Shown: piece after piece, positions 27,779 through 37,004 of the stretch | Layout of the letters: every line of letters begins with the position of its first letter | How positions within the stretch are numbered: the first letter of the stretch is position 1 | Source of the DNA: Microgenomates group bacterium | Lineage (GTDB): Bacteria > Patescibacteriota > Microgenomatia > Daviesbacterales > UBA10151 | Direction of reading: 5' to 3' | Length of the DNA: 64,000 nucleotides | Assembly: GCA_041659805.1 (NCBI GenBank) | Contig: JBAZXP010000001.1 | Span: 384,589-448,588 of the forward strand | Notes under the pieces: model-generated | Databases searched by the model: none | What the model saw: the letters and a program-made list of their open reading frames with translations, nothing else | What the model was told of the DNA's origin: nothing | Position numbers and translations under genes: made by a program

Positions 27779-27814
27779 AAACCTACCGTTTGTTGAAAAA
27801 CAGGCGGTAGGTTT
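27779..27814. terminator. Probable bidirectional intrinsic terminator
   Basis: AAACCTACCGTTTG...CAGGCGGTAGGTTT between convergent genes. Confidence 0.8.
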
Positions 27815-28620
27815 TACTCTGCCTCTTCCCAAATATCTGTGGTTACTCCTTGTTTCCTTACTTCATCTTCTAAAGCAAAACTAATATGTATATCTTCTAA
27901 ATCCTCATCGGCTAGTAATCTTTTAGTCATTCTCTTTGTGGAAATAAGTAACTCTTTTGTTTGGCAAATAAAAAGAATCCGTGGAGCTGATTTAAAATGT
28001 TCCATCCATTCATAATTTAATAAAAACGAAATATAATCTTTGACTCTTTTTAGGATCTGATACTTGGGAAGAGTTGTATTAAGTATCTCTAATAAATGAT
28101 AAGTTTTGGTTGTTTTCTTCTGCTTGGTAAATATGAGTTGAGTAGTAAGTTCACAAAGAAAATTATATGGAGAATCTGGACTTATATAGTCACTTGTCGT
28201 TACAAAATCATAGGATACACCATTCTTGCTTTGGTTCTTTAGATTAAGACACATATCGGCCAAGAATTGGCAATCTGCTATAAAAGCTTCTGACCTATTT
28301 TTCTCCTGGTAGATTTTTTGTAGTAGCTTTTTATCAAACCCCTCTTGGGCTTTTAGAAAATTGATACCATTTAGACTTAGGTAATAGATAGCGGGTATAG
28401 TATTTTTTCCAAATGTTTCACCATCGTAAATTCTTTTAAGATAGTCTTTTTGTGTTAGGTCTTTGAGCCAGAGGTTAATTGTTTTTTTGTCTTTATGATT
28501 GAGGAGTTTTTGGATTTGAATTCTATTGATGAATCTAAATTGATAGGTAAGTTTTATTGTTTCTTGTTGTTTGTTAGTTATTTTAGGTAGTGTCATTATT
28601 GTATATATTGCCAACCCCAC
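27814..28620 (-). CDS. Replication-relaxation (Replic_Relax)-like protein
   Basis: wHTH-like N-terminus (YQFRFINRIQIQKLL...WLKDL...YLKR...IYYLS..G); located directly downstream of the VirD4-like gene. Confidence 0.7.
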   Translation of the reverse strand: MGLAIYTIMTLPKITNKQQETIKLTYQFRFINRIQIQKLLNHKDKKTINLWLKDLTQKDYLKRIYDGETFGKNTIPAIYYLSLNGINFLKAQEGFDKKLLQKIYQEKNRSEAFIADCQFLADMCLNLKNQSKNGVSYDFVTTSDYISPDSPYNFLCELTTQLIFTKQKKTTKTYHLLEILNTTLPKYQILKRVKDYISFLLNYEWMEHFKSAPRILFICQTKELLISTKRMTKRLLADEDLEDIHISFALEDEVRKQGVTTDIWEEAE

Positions 28621-28708
28621 CTACTCCGATATTTATAAAGGTAGGAGCAATAATAATTTAGAATTTAGGCTCAAAATGCAATATTTTTTGCCCTCGCTCT
28701 TGAGGGTA

Positions 28709-31588
28709 TTATATACCATGTGATTTAGCAGTTTTCTTAGCTGGCTTTTCTTTAGTTTCTCCTCCAAAAAGCTGCTTTAGCGTTTCTTCCACTTCAGCTT
28801 TTGGAGTACCATACTTTTTCCTCGTATTGGTAATAATTTCCTCTGCTGTTTTCTCACTGCCTTTAACATCTAGAGGTATTGTTTGTCCTGAAAATGCATC
28901 CTCACTATTGTCCGTTGAAACTTTCATATAGAAATGAAATGGTGGCAAGTTAACAATCTCGCCTTTTTCAACTTCTGGCTGCATAAAAGGTAAGATAAAC
29001 TGTTCGTCGTCTGGACTACCCTTTAAAGAAATAATTGTTCCAGCATTTCCAGCAATTATCTGAACCAATTTCAGGTCATCAATTTGAGCAATATTTTGAT
29101 GTGAAGGAATTAAAGAGATATGGAATTTTCTTCCTTCGCTCATAATCTCTGAAAACTGAGGAGTAGCAAAGTTTTGAAATTCATCAATATAGAGAAAGAA
29201 ATCACGTCTTTGTTTTTCTGGTATCTTTGTTCTTTGATAAGCTGCCATCCAAATGAGTGAAGTCACAAGAGTACCAAAGAAAGAACTTTGATCTTCTCCT
29301 AAATCACCTTTTGAAAGATTAATTAATAATATCTTTCCTTCATCCATAATCTGCTGGATACTGATAGTACTTTTTCCTTGTAACAAAATATGCCTGGACA
29401 TTTTGGTGGTAATAAAATGTCCTAACCGATGAGTTAACGGTGCAGTAACAGAAGATAATTGCATAGTTCCTAAAAGAGAAAATTCTTTTTGCCAAAACTG
29501 TTTTAAGACTGGGTCAGAAAGAGTTGAGGCAACTTGTTTCTGATATTTCTTTTCTGTTAATAACCGTTGCAAGGTAAAAAGGCTTGGGTTAGGGGTTTGT
29601 AATGCTGTAAGAATTGCATTTTGTAGAATATGCTCCATTCTTGGGCCCCAATATTCTTTTGCAGTTAATTTAGCAAATATTGCTATAACAGAACTCGTGA
29701 TCCATTCGTCTGCATCCTCTTTACTACTAAATGTAATGCCAGGAGACAAAATATTAAGTCCGAGAGGAAAGTCCCTGTCTGATGGATCAAAGTAAATAAC
29801 ATCTTTCCTTCGCTCTTTAGGTATAACTTGCAGAAGCTCTTTTACCATATCTCCATGTGGGTCAAGCACACAAAGACCTTTACCACTTGCCATATCCTGA
29901 TAGATAGCGTTTGTTAAAAGGGTTGTCTTACCCATACCAGTTTTACCAATAACATACATATGCTTTTGTCTTTGCGCCAAAGTTAAGCCAATCGGGCTTA
30001 CTTCTCCACCATACTCATTTGCACCGAGAATCACATCAAGGTTAGTGGTGCTTTTTTTCATAGATAAAGGAGATGGTAATTCTCGTGTTCTACTTTTTAC
30101 TAATCCTTCTGTCTTGGTAAGATCAGTGTAGGGGAAGTGGTAAATATCCGATATTTCGGACACGGAAAGAATTGGGTTTTGGTTAAATATAAAACTATTA
30201 GATAGTAACCTTCTTTTAAATTGATTTAGTCGTAGGTTCATAGTTAGTGATCTAGGAAGCAAACTACTCTTTGTAGTAATTAATTGATACGTGCTGTTCA
30301 TAGCGCCAAAAGAGGCAATTAGGCCGGATACTCTACTATCAAACTCTTCAGGTTCCTTTGTAATAACAAGCATCCTTATAGATGTTTCAAATAACGGTTG
30401 ATCTATTTTTTCTTTTACGATCTGTAATAACTCTTGTTCATAAGGGTTTAATAATTGCTGGTTAGCGGCTGCATTTTCTATTGCCTTTGAAGTCATTAAA
30501 AAAGGGATCACTTTGCTATTTGGATCCATAAAAGCTAAAAGCATGCTATATACAAACATCCATACAAACTTAACAACCGAAAATATTACTTTAAGGAAAA
30601 ATGTGATAACAAATACACCTGGTAAATCTGCAATCTTTTGCAAGATGTTTCCATTTAAGAGAGGAGTAAGTGGTTGTCTTTGATATATTATTTTTCTTAA
30701 CTCATTCATTTTATTAATTAGAGTTTTGTGAGTACCATTTAGAACTGGCGTAGTTATGATTTGAAATGAGATTAATTCATGATCGTTGAGTTTGGTCATA
30801 TTGCCAGTTAAATAAGAGATTGGATCATGTTCATCAAGCGTTTTTTGCCTAGAAAGTGGTAATGCAAAAGGTGCAGCAAGTTTAAACTCTACAACACCTT
30901 GGAACATTTCTCCTTCTGAATCTTCATTTAAATAATCATCTATTTCTTTAGTCTTTATTCCAGGCAAATAAGACAAAAGATTTCTTCTGATTGTATTAGC
31001 GTTTCTAGAAGAGGTAGAAAGAATATATCTGATGCCTTGGTCTTTAGTGGAAACAATTTCAAGACCAAAGATATTTTTTTGTCCTAATAATCGTTCTTTG
31101 AAATTATTTTGTTTGGCAAGTGTATGTAACAAGGTATAAAGCTGCTGGGTTGCGTAGGCTGATTTACTTGTATCTGAAGGGAAAGTTAATTCAAAAAAGG
31201 TTTTTGGTTGTACTGGTAAAAATCTTGCAAATATTAAAGGGAATATTACTTGTAAGAACGATATCGAAGCCTTTATAAGAAAATACAATAGCAGTAGGCT
31301 TAAAATAAGCCATAAAGGCCAAAACATAACAAAGATACTAGATAATAAGGGATGAGCATTAACAGAGTCACTTAGAGGAGAACTTGAGGCAGTAAGGGCA
31401 TAGTACATATCTAATCTTGATTGAACAGGAAACCATGATTCTGGTAAAGGAAATTTAAGAAGGACTAGCAGAACAATATCATTAAAAATAGGCATTTGGC
31501 CGTTCTGCACTTGATGAAGTAATTGTAACTGCTGAATTTCAGTTGCTGTTTTAGGAATAAATGATGGTATAGGACTACTCGTTTCCAT
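28709..31588 (-). CDS. VirD4/TraD-like coupling ATPase (HerA/FtsK superfamily) with N-terminal TM segments
   Basis: HMYVIGKTGMGKTT (Walker A), VLDPHGD, LYIDEFQNF (Walker B) and SEGRKF..HQ..Q. Confidence 0.9.
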   Translation of the reverse strand: METSSPIPSFIPKTATEIQQLQLLHQVQNGQMPIFNDIVLLVLLKFPLPESWFPVQSRLDMYYALTASSSPLSDSVNAHPLLSSIFVMFWPLWLILSLLLLYFLIKASISFLQVIFPLIFARFLPVQPKTFFELTFPSDTSKSAYATQQLYTLLHTLAKQNNFKERLLGQKNIFGLEIVSTKDQGIRYILSTSSRNANTIRRNLLSYLPGIKTKEIDDYLNEDSEGEMFQGVVEFKLAAPFALPLSRQKTLDEHDPISYLTGNMTKLNDHELISFQIITTPVLNGTHKTLINKMNELRKIIYQRQPLTPLLNGNILQKIADLPGVFVITFFLKVIFSVVKFVWMFVYSMLLAFMDPNSKVIPFLMTSKAIENAAANQQLLNPYEQELLQIVKEKIDQPLFETSIRMLVITKEPEEFDSRVSGLIASFGAMNSTYQLITTKSSLLPRSLTMNLRLNQFKRRLLSNSFIFNQNPILSVSEISDIYHFPYTDLTKTEGLVKSRTRELPSPLSMKKSTTNLDVILGANEYGGEVSPIGLTLAQRQKHMYVIGKTGMGKTTLLTNAIYQDMASGKGLCVLDPHGDMVKELLQVIPKERRKDVIYFDPSDRDFPLGLNILSPGITFSSKEDADEWITSSVIAIFAKLTAKEYWGPRMEHILQNAILTALQTPNPSLFTLQRLLTEKKYQKQVASTLSDPVLKQFWQKEFSLLGTMQLSSVTAPLTHRLGHFITTKMSRHILLQGKSTISIQQIMDEGKILLINLSKGDLGEDQSSFFGTLVTSLIWMAAYQRTKIPEKQRRDFFLYIDEFQNFATPQFSEIMSEGRKFHISLIPSHQNIAQIDDLKLVQIIAGNAGTIISLKGSPDDEQFILPFMQPEVEKGEIVNLPPFHFYMKVSTDNSEDAFSGQTIPLDVKGSEKTAEEIITNTRKKYGTPKAEVEETLKQLFGGETKEKPAKKTAKSHGI

Positions 31589-31667
31589 AATATTTAGAGT
31601 ATAACTTTTGAGCAGTCTTCAGGACAAGTATATCATAAAGTTAGGCTCAGAACACCCTTTTTACCTC

Positions 31668-31716
31668 TTGACAACTGTAAATATATTTATATATACTGTA
31701 AATATAATTACAGTTG
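31668..31716 (+). promoter_or_regulatory. Promoter of the recombinase operon with an overlapping operator-like repeat
   Basis: TTGACA-18-TATACT; inverted repeat CAACTGTAA...TTACAGTTG; direct repeat ACTGTAAATATA x2. Confidence 0.65.
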
Positions 31717-31732
31717 AGAATAAAAATTAAGT

Positions 31733-32062
31733 ATGGAAAAGAATGAGATACAAGTATTAAACAGTCCAATTATCTCAAATGAAGATGTGCTTAACTTACC
31801 TAATTTATCCTCCAACTCCCAATTTAATCCTCAAGGAACTTATGATCAAATAAATCAAATATTCATTGACCAAGACCAAAGAGAAAAGGCAATTTTAGAA
31901 GCAAGAGAAATTCTGGGAGATTCGGCCAAGGACTTAACAGATGAACAGGTTTTTGACTTAGTTAACGAAATGCAATATTTAGTAGACAGTTGGTTAGAAG
32001 AGTACGAGAGAAAAGTCTTTGACGGTAAAACATTAAATGAATTATTAAATCTTGAACCATGA
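31733..32062 (+). CDS. Small acidic hypothetical protein coupled to the recombinase
   Basis: ATGA overlap with the recombinase start. Confidence 0.7.
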   Translation: MEKNEIQVLNSPIISNEDVLNLPNLSSNSQFNPQGTYDQINQIFIDQDQREKAILEAREILGDSAKDLTDEQVFDLVNEMQYLVDSWLEEYERKVFDGKTLNELLNLEP

Positions 32063-33675
32063 ACATACAAGATATTAAAATCAATCCACTTTTTAATACT
32101 ACTTTAGCATTACCTAAAAAAGCAGTTATTTATATAAGAGTGTCTTCAGAAGAACAAGTAGAAAATTTCTCATTAAAAACTCAGGAAGAAATTTGCAGGA
32201 GAGATGCAAAGTATAAAGGATATGAAGTAGCACAAGTTTTTAGAGAAGAGGGTAAATCTGCAAAAAATATTATAGGTAGACCAGAACTACTTAAGATGAT
32301 TGAATTTTGCAGAAAGAATAAAAAAGAGGTTAGAGGAGTATTTGTATATAGATTAGATAGAATATCAAGACAAACCTCGGATTATTTAGCTCTTAGAAAA
32401 AGATTCTATGACATGGGCATAGCCTTAATTTCAGCATCAGAACCTACAGGAAATTCACCTACGGAAAAGCTATTAGAGACAGTTTTAGCAAGTTTTGCTC
32501 AACATGATAACGATGTAAGGTCAGAAAGAACTAAAAATGGCATGCGGGCAAGATTTTTAATGGGTCTTGTGACAAACCATGTACCTTTGGGCTATATAAA
32601 TCAGTCAGGGCATGCAACGAAAGATCCTAAAACCTTTGACTTATATAAAAAAGCTTGGGATTTAATGACTACTGGAAATAAAAGTTTAAAAGAGATGCAA
32701 GTACTTATGCAAGAATGGGGTCTTCCTGTTGCTGGTCCGCAAACAGTTCACCATATGTTTAGAAACAAATTCTATATGGGCATATTAACCTCAAAAAGTT
32801 ATCCAGAAGAAGTAAGAGGCCAGCATACTCCAATGGTCACAAAAGAACAGTTCTACAAAGTACAAGCAATTTTGGACGGAAGAAACCTCAACCCCAATAA
32901 AATGCCTAAATATACTAGAGATAATCCAGATTTTCCTCTCAGAAGAATCATTTGTTGTGGTAAGTGTGGTACTCCCTTTACAGGGGGATGGAGCAAGTAT
33001 CATCAATTTGCCTATTACTTTTGTAGAAGGAGATGCATATACAAATCTATACCAGTTGGAGAACTACATAACGAATTATCAAAACTGCTAACAAAAGTCA
33101 GTCCTTCAGAACAAGGGATAGAGATGTACTGTAAATTGCTTCTAAAAACATACGGTCAGCAGTTTAAAAAGTTAAACAAGACAAAAAAAGCATCTGACGA
33201 GGAAATTAAAAAGCTACAAGCTTTAAGACAAACTTTAGTTGAGAAGAATCTGGCAGGAACCTATTCTGATGATATCTTCAAGGAACAAAACGCCATTATA
33301 GAGGAGAAACTAACAGCAGCTTTTGAGGCACAAAGTAACGAGTTAATTGATAAATATAATATTGATGCAATTACTAGCTTTATAGAAGATAAGCTCTCAA
33401 ATTTAGCACAAACATACTCAACATCAAGCCTAACTCAGCTTCGCTTCCTTCTCAGTACGATATTTCTGCCAGGATTCTCTTGGGGCTATCCAGGCATTTC
33501 GTACCAAGGGTTTAGCCCCGTATATCAAGCTATTCATGATGCTGGCGAACCAGACATCAAAGTCGGCTGCGGGACTTGGATTCGGACCAAGATAGACAAC
33601 TTCAGAGGCTGTCGTCCTACCATTAGACGATCCCGCATTACATTTACGGAATCCCGTAATGTTAACGTATTTTAG
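32059..33675 (+). CDS. Large serine recombinase (integrase)
   Basis: YIRVSS (catalytic Ser), YRLDRISR, SERTK.G, PLGY, Zn ribbon CGKCG...C and a coiled coil. The ORF runs through att into the tRNA antisense strand. Confidence 0.95.
   Translation: MNIQDIKINPLFNTTLALPKKAVIYIRVSSEEQVENFSLKTQEEICRRDAKYKGYEVAQVFREEGKSAKNIIGRPELLKMIEFCRKNKKEVRGVFVYRLDRISRQTSDYLALRKRFYDMGIALISASEPTGNSPTEKLLETVLASFAQHDNDVRSERTKNGMRARFLMGLVTNHVPLGYINQSGHATKDPKTFDLYKKAWDLMTTGNKSLKEMQVLMQEWGLPVAGPQTVHHMFRNKFYMGILTSKSYPEEVRGQHTPMVTKEQFYKVQAILDGRNLNPNKMPKYTRDNPDFPLRRIICCGKCGTPFTGGWSKYHQFAYYFCRRRCIYKSIPVGELHNELSKLLTKVSPSEQGIEMYCKLLLKTYGQQFKKLNKTKKASDEEIKKLQALRQTLVEKNLAGTYSDDIFKEQNAIIEEKLTAAFEAQSNELIDKYNIDAITSFIEDKLSNLAQTYSTSSLTQLRFLLSTIFLPGFSWGYPGISYQGFSPVYQAIHDAGEPDIKVGCGTWIRTKIDNFRGCRPTIRRSRITFTESRNVNVF
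33566..33581. repeat. att core, tRNA-proximal copy
   Basis: GCTGCGGGACTTGGAT, identical to 16077-16092. Confidence 0.92.
33567..33637 (-). tRNA. tRNA-Gln(CTG), CCA not encoded
   Basis: TGCGGGATCGTCTAATGGTAGGACGACAGCCT-CTG-AAGTTGTCTATCTTGGTCCGAATCCAAGTCCCGCAG folds into a cloverleaf with acceptor stem TGCGGGA/TCCCGCA. Confidence 0.93.
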
Positions 33676-33701
33676 CATTTTAAGGTTGGAGATTAAAGTT
33701 T

Positions 33702-33965
33702 CTAATAAAGACTTCGTGGATATTTGGTTAAAAAATTGTTAGGATTTACTTCCCTTTCTTTGAAAGGCTCTGTTGATCTGGTTTTTCTTATTATCTCTTT
33801 TGGGCTATCTGGTCTGATTTTGTAGGATTTAGGATCCAAATAATCTGAGCTGCTAGTGGTTGGAGATGCTTCAATTTCTTTTTGAGTAAAGCCCGCGATA
33901 ATACCGAGGGAAATAACGATAAAACCAATTGTGCCAAGGCTTGCGAGTTTCTCACCCTCTTTCAT
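33702..33965 (-). CDS. Small membrane-anchored hypothetical protein
   Basis: N-terminal TM segment; TATAAT 6 nt before the ATG. Confidence 0.6.
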   Translation of the reverse strand: MKEGEKLASLGTIGFIVISLGIIAGFTQKEIEASPTTSSSDYLDPKSYKIRPDSPKEIIRKTRSTEPFKEREVNPNNFLTKYPRSLY

Positions 33966-34009
33966 AACGTGATTATATGCTTAATATAAAATAGAGTAAA
34001 ATAGTAAAA

Positions 34010-34624
34010 ATGAAGATTAATACTTTGGTGGTGGGGAGTTTGAAGACAAATTGCTATTTGGTTACATCGGGTGGAGAGGTGGGGATTATTGATCCTGGGG
34101 ATGACGCTGATTATATAATTCGTGAAATCCAGAAAGAGAATTTCACTCCTGTCTGGATAGCCTTAACTCACGGACATTTTGATCATGTTTTAGCTGTTTC
34201 AGAGCTTTGTTTAGCTTTTAGTATTCCTTTTTATATGCACCCGGAAGATGAGTTTTTGCTGGATCGAGCTAAAGAAACTGCAGAACATTTTACAGGAGTT
34301 TATGCAGATCCTGTTTTAGTTAAATTTAAAGATTTAAAAGAAGGAATGAAATTAAAAGTAGGGAAAGAGGAATTGGTAGTAATTGAAACACCGGGGCATA
34401 CCCCGGGTGGAATCTGCCTTTATTCCAAATCTGAAAAAGCTCTATTTTGTGGTGATTTAATTTTTGACAGGGGTACAGTTGGCAGAACTGATTTTAAATA
34501 TGCGTCAGAGGAAAGTTTAGAAAAATCAATTAAAAAGGTAATGAAACTACCTAATGAAACAGTTGTTTACCCAGGACATAGCGATAAAACAACGGTTTTT
34601 TCCCACAAAAAAACCCGCACGTAG
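34010..34624 (+). CDS. Metallo-beta-lactamase-fold hydrolase (glyoxalase II-like)
   Basis: THGHFDH, TPGHTPG, GD, GRTD and YPGH. Confidence 0.93.
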   Translation: MKINTLVVGSLKTNCYLVTSGGEVGIIDPGDDADYIIREIQKENFTPVWIALTHGHFDHVLAVSELCLAFSIPFYMHPEDEFLLDRAKETAEHFTGVYADPVLVKFKDLKEGMKLKVGKEELVVIETPGHTPGGICLYSKSEKALFCGDLIFDRGTVGRTDFKYASEESLEKSIKKVMKLPNETVVYPGHSDKTTVFSHKKTRT

Positions 34625-34632
34625 CGGGTTTT
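34607..34632. terminator. Intrinsic terminator hairpin (U7 tract on the minus strand)
   Basis: AAAAAAACCCGC-ACGTA-GCGGGTTTT. Confidence 0.8.
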
Positions 34633-34715
34633 CTTGAAAAACCTATTAGTTAAAACAGGTAGAAAAAATATATCATCACTTGTGTAAATGGTCAACTGTG
34701 TCATAATATATCACT

Positions 34716-35279
34716 ATGAATATTAAACAAGATAAAAACCCATCTGAGATGCGGGACCGCCCATTAATCTTCCTGGATATTGAATCCACAGGCTTGGATA
34801 TTCAAAATCATGAGATTATTCAAATCGGGGCAATTAAAACAAGTAGCCAAAAACCTTTTAAAATGGTGGCTGAAATAAATTTAAAGGTAAAGCCTGAAAG
34901 AATTGAGGACGCGGATAAAGATGCTTTAAAACTAGTAGGCTACACTGAAGCTGGTTGGAAAGATGCAATAAGTTTGCAAGAAGCACTCACCATTTTGGAT
35001 GATTTTGCCAAAGGAGGAGTATTGGTTGGCTACAATGTTAATTTTGACTGGGCAATTTTATATAAAGCCTATCATGGTTTAGGCAGGATTGATCCTTTTT
35101 ACTATCATCGGGTGGATGTAATGTCGATGGCATATCTTACATTTTTTCCCAAAGAAGAAATAAAGCGTTTTTCTTTAGGGGAAATTTGCACTCATCTTAA
35201 AATAAACCGTGATGCAGCACATGACGCTTTGGATGACGCTAAAGTTACTTATCTTGTGTTCAAAAAATTAATGAAGTAA
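34716..35279 (+). CDS. DEDDh 3'-5' exonuclease (DnaQ-like)
   Basis: FLDIESTGL, YNVNFD and HDALDD. Confidence 0.92.
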   Translation: MNIKQDKNPSEMRDRPLIFLDIESTGLDIQNHEIIQIGAIKTSSQKPFKMVAEINLKVKPERIEDADKDALKLVGYTEAGWKDAISLQEALTILDDFAKGGVLVGYNVNFDWAILYKAYHGLGRIDPFYYHRVDVMSMAYLTFFPKEEIKRFSLGEICTHLKINRDAAHDALDDAKVTYLVFKKLMK

Positions 35280-35291
35280 GATATTTAAGTT

Positions 35292-35738
35292 ATGATTTAC
35301 TTAGCCTCTGATCATGGTGGATTCGAACTCAAAGAACAAATTAAAGATTGGTTAAAGGATAATAATTATCAATATGAAGATTTAGGGGCAAAAACTTTAG
35401 ATCCGGGTGATGATTATCCTGATTTTGTAATTCCACTTGCTCAAAAAATTTCAGCAGAGCCAGATAATTTCGGCATTATTCTTGGAAGATCAGGAAACGG
35501 GGAAGCGATTGTTGCCAATAAAGTAAAAGGTGTTAGAGCAGCACTTGCATTTAATGAAAAGATGGCTCAAATGGCAAGAGAACACAATGATGCAAATGTT
35601 TTATCAATTGGTGCAGATTACTTATCAGTAGAAGAGGTTGAAAAAATAGTAAAAACTTTTTTAGAGACTCCTTTTTCGGAAGTAGAACGCCATGTTAGAC
35701 GGTTAAAAAAAATTGAAGAATTAGAAAATGCAAACTAA
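35292..35738 (+). CDS. rpiB: Ribose-5-phosphate isomerase B
   Basis: ASDHGG, DDYPD, SGNG, ANK, AREHNDAN and RH.RR. Confidence 0.95.
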   Translation: MIYLASDHGGFELKEQIKDWLKDNNYQYEDLGAKTLDPGDDYPDFVIPLAQKISAEPDNFGIILGRSGNGEAIVANKVKGVRAALAFNEKMAQMAREHNDANVLSIGADYLSVEEVEKIVKTFLETPFSEVERHVRRLKKIEELENAN

Positions 35739-36384
35739 CATCCAGATTATTCCTGCTATCTTAGCTTTTAACGAGGAAGATTATAAGAAAAAAGTGGATA
35801 TTATTAATAAGACAGCAGAATTTTCTTCCGGGTTTGTTCAAATAGATATTACAGATGGGGAATTTGTGACAAGTAAAAGCGTCGGCTTGGATATTATTGC
35901 CAAGTATCCTATTAAAGCAAAAATAGAAGCGCACTTAATGGTTAAAAATCCTCTTATTTGGATTGATAGTTTAAATAAATTGGGTGTAAAAAGAATTATT
36001 GTATCAGCTGAATCAGATACTGCTGAAAAATCATTTGACAAAATCCATGAACTTGGTTTAGAAGCCGGATTTGGTTTAAACCCTGAAACTTCTTTAGGTT
36101 CGGTTGCACCGCTTATGGATAAAGTTGATGTCCTACTCCTTTTATCTGTTCATCCGGGGCTTGGTGGTCAAAAATTTATTGAAGAAAGTATTGATAAAAT
36201 AAAGCAGGCAAGCGGGATGAGAAATCATTATATTTTCAAGATAGAGGCGGATGGGGGAATAAATTCTGAAAATATAGAGGCTGTTGTAGAAGCTGGAGCA
36301 GATGGTATAGTAATAGGAGAGCATTTAATTTATGGGAATATTCAAGAAAATCTGGAAAAGCTTAAACAAAGAATTCACTCCTGA
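35728..36384 (+). CDS. rpe: Ribulose-phosphate 3-epimerase
   Basis: PAIL, QIDITDG.FV, EAHLMV, LNPET, SVHPG.GGQ and DGGIN. Confidence 0.92.
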   Translation: MQTNIQIIPAILAFNEEDYKKKVDIINKTAEFSSGFVQIDITDGEFVTSKSVGLDIIAKYPIKAKIEAHLMVKNPLIWIDSLNKLGVKRIIVSAESDTAEKSFDKIHELGLEAGFGLNPETSLGSVAPLMDKVDVLLLLSVHPGLGGQKFIEESIDKIKQASGMRNHYIFKIEADGGINSENIEAVVEAGADGIVIGEHLIYGNIQENLEKLKQRIHS

Positions 36385-37003
36385 AAAAGCACGGACTATT
36401 CAAAATGTAGCTATTTTTGGTTTTGCTGACGCTGAACCTGAGAGTAGATTATTCAAAGATACTTTTAAAGTTTGTAAAGCCTTGGCTGAGGCAGGATATA
36501 CTATTGTTGACGGAGGTGGACCGGGAGTAATGTTGGCTGCCAGCAAGGGAGCAAAAGCTGGTAACGGAAAAGTAATTGGGGTAACTCTATATCCGAGTGA
36601 TACATCTAATTTTGAGGGTAGATCTCCTGATAATATTGTTGACGAAGAAATAAAAACCACCACTTATGTAGAAAGAACACTGACTTTAATGCAGCAGGGT
36701 CAGGTTTATGTAATTTTTAATGGGGGAACAGGTACGATTTCAGAACTTGGAATGGCCTGGGGGCTTGCCCGGATGTATTTTGGCCATCATAAGCCGCTTA
36801 TTCTTTACGGAAATTTTTGGAAAAAAATCATGAAAGTTTTGGGTGATAATTTGATGTTAAGGCCGGAAGAAAAAGAAGTTTATAAGATCGTTGATAGCCC
36901 CAGAGAAGTACTAAAAGCAATTAAGGATTTTGAATTTGAAATTGAATCAGACAGAATTAAAGATTTAAAAATTAGCGGGGAAAAAGGCTATAGTTTTACC
37001 TAA
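36332..37003 (+). CDS. LOG-family nucleotide phosphoribohydrolase
   Basis: GGGPGVM.A.SKGA and GGTGTISEL motifs. Confidence 0.88.
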   Translation: MGIFKKIWKSLNKEFTPEKARTIQNVAIFGFADAEPESRLFKDTFKVCKALAEAGYTIVDGGGPGVMLAASKGAKAGNGKVIGVTLYPSDTSNFEGRSPDNIVDEEIKTTTYVERTLTLMQQGQVYVIFNGGTGTISELGMAWGLARMYFGHHKPLILYGNFWKKIMKVLGDNLMLRPEEKEVYKIVDSPREVLKAIKDFEFEIESDRIKDLKISGEKGYSFT

Positions 37004-37004
37004 T

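Larger units (their letters stand above)
16077..33581. mobile_element. ~17.5 kb integrative (mobilisable) element inserted at the tRNA-Gln 3' end
   Basis: Flanked by the 16-bp direct repeat GCTGCGGGACTTGGAT. Contains a serine recombinase, VirD4-like ATPase, Replic_Relax-like protein, XRE regulators and defence-like cargo. Confidence 0.9.

Noticed and set aside
28665-31649. Shared 9-mer TTAGGCTCA upstream of the relaxase-like and VirD4-like genes as oriT or operator
   Set aside because: The match is too short to distinguish from chance without homologous elements.
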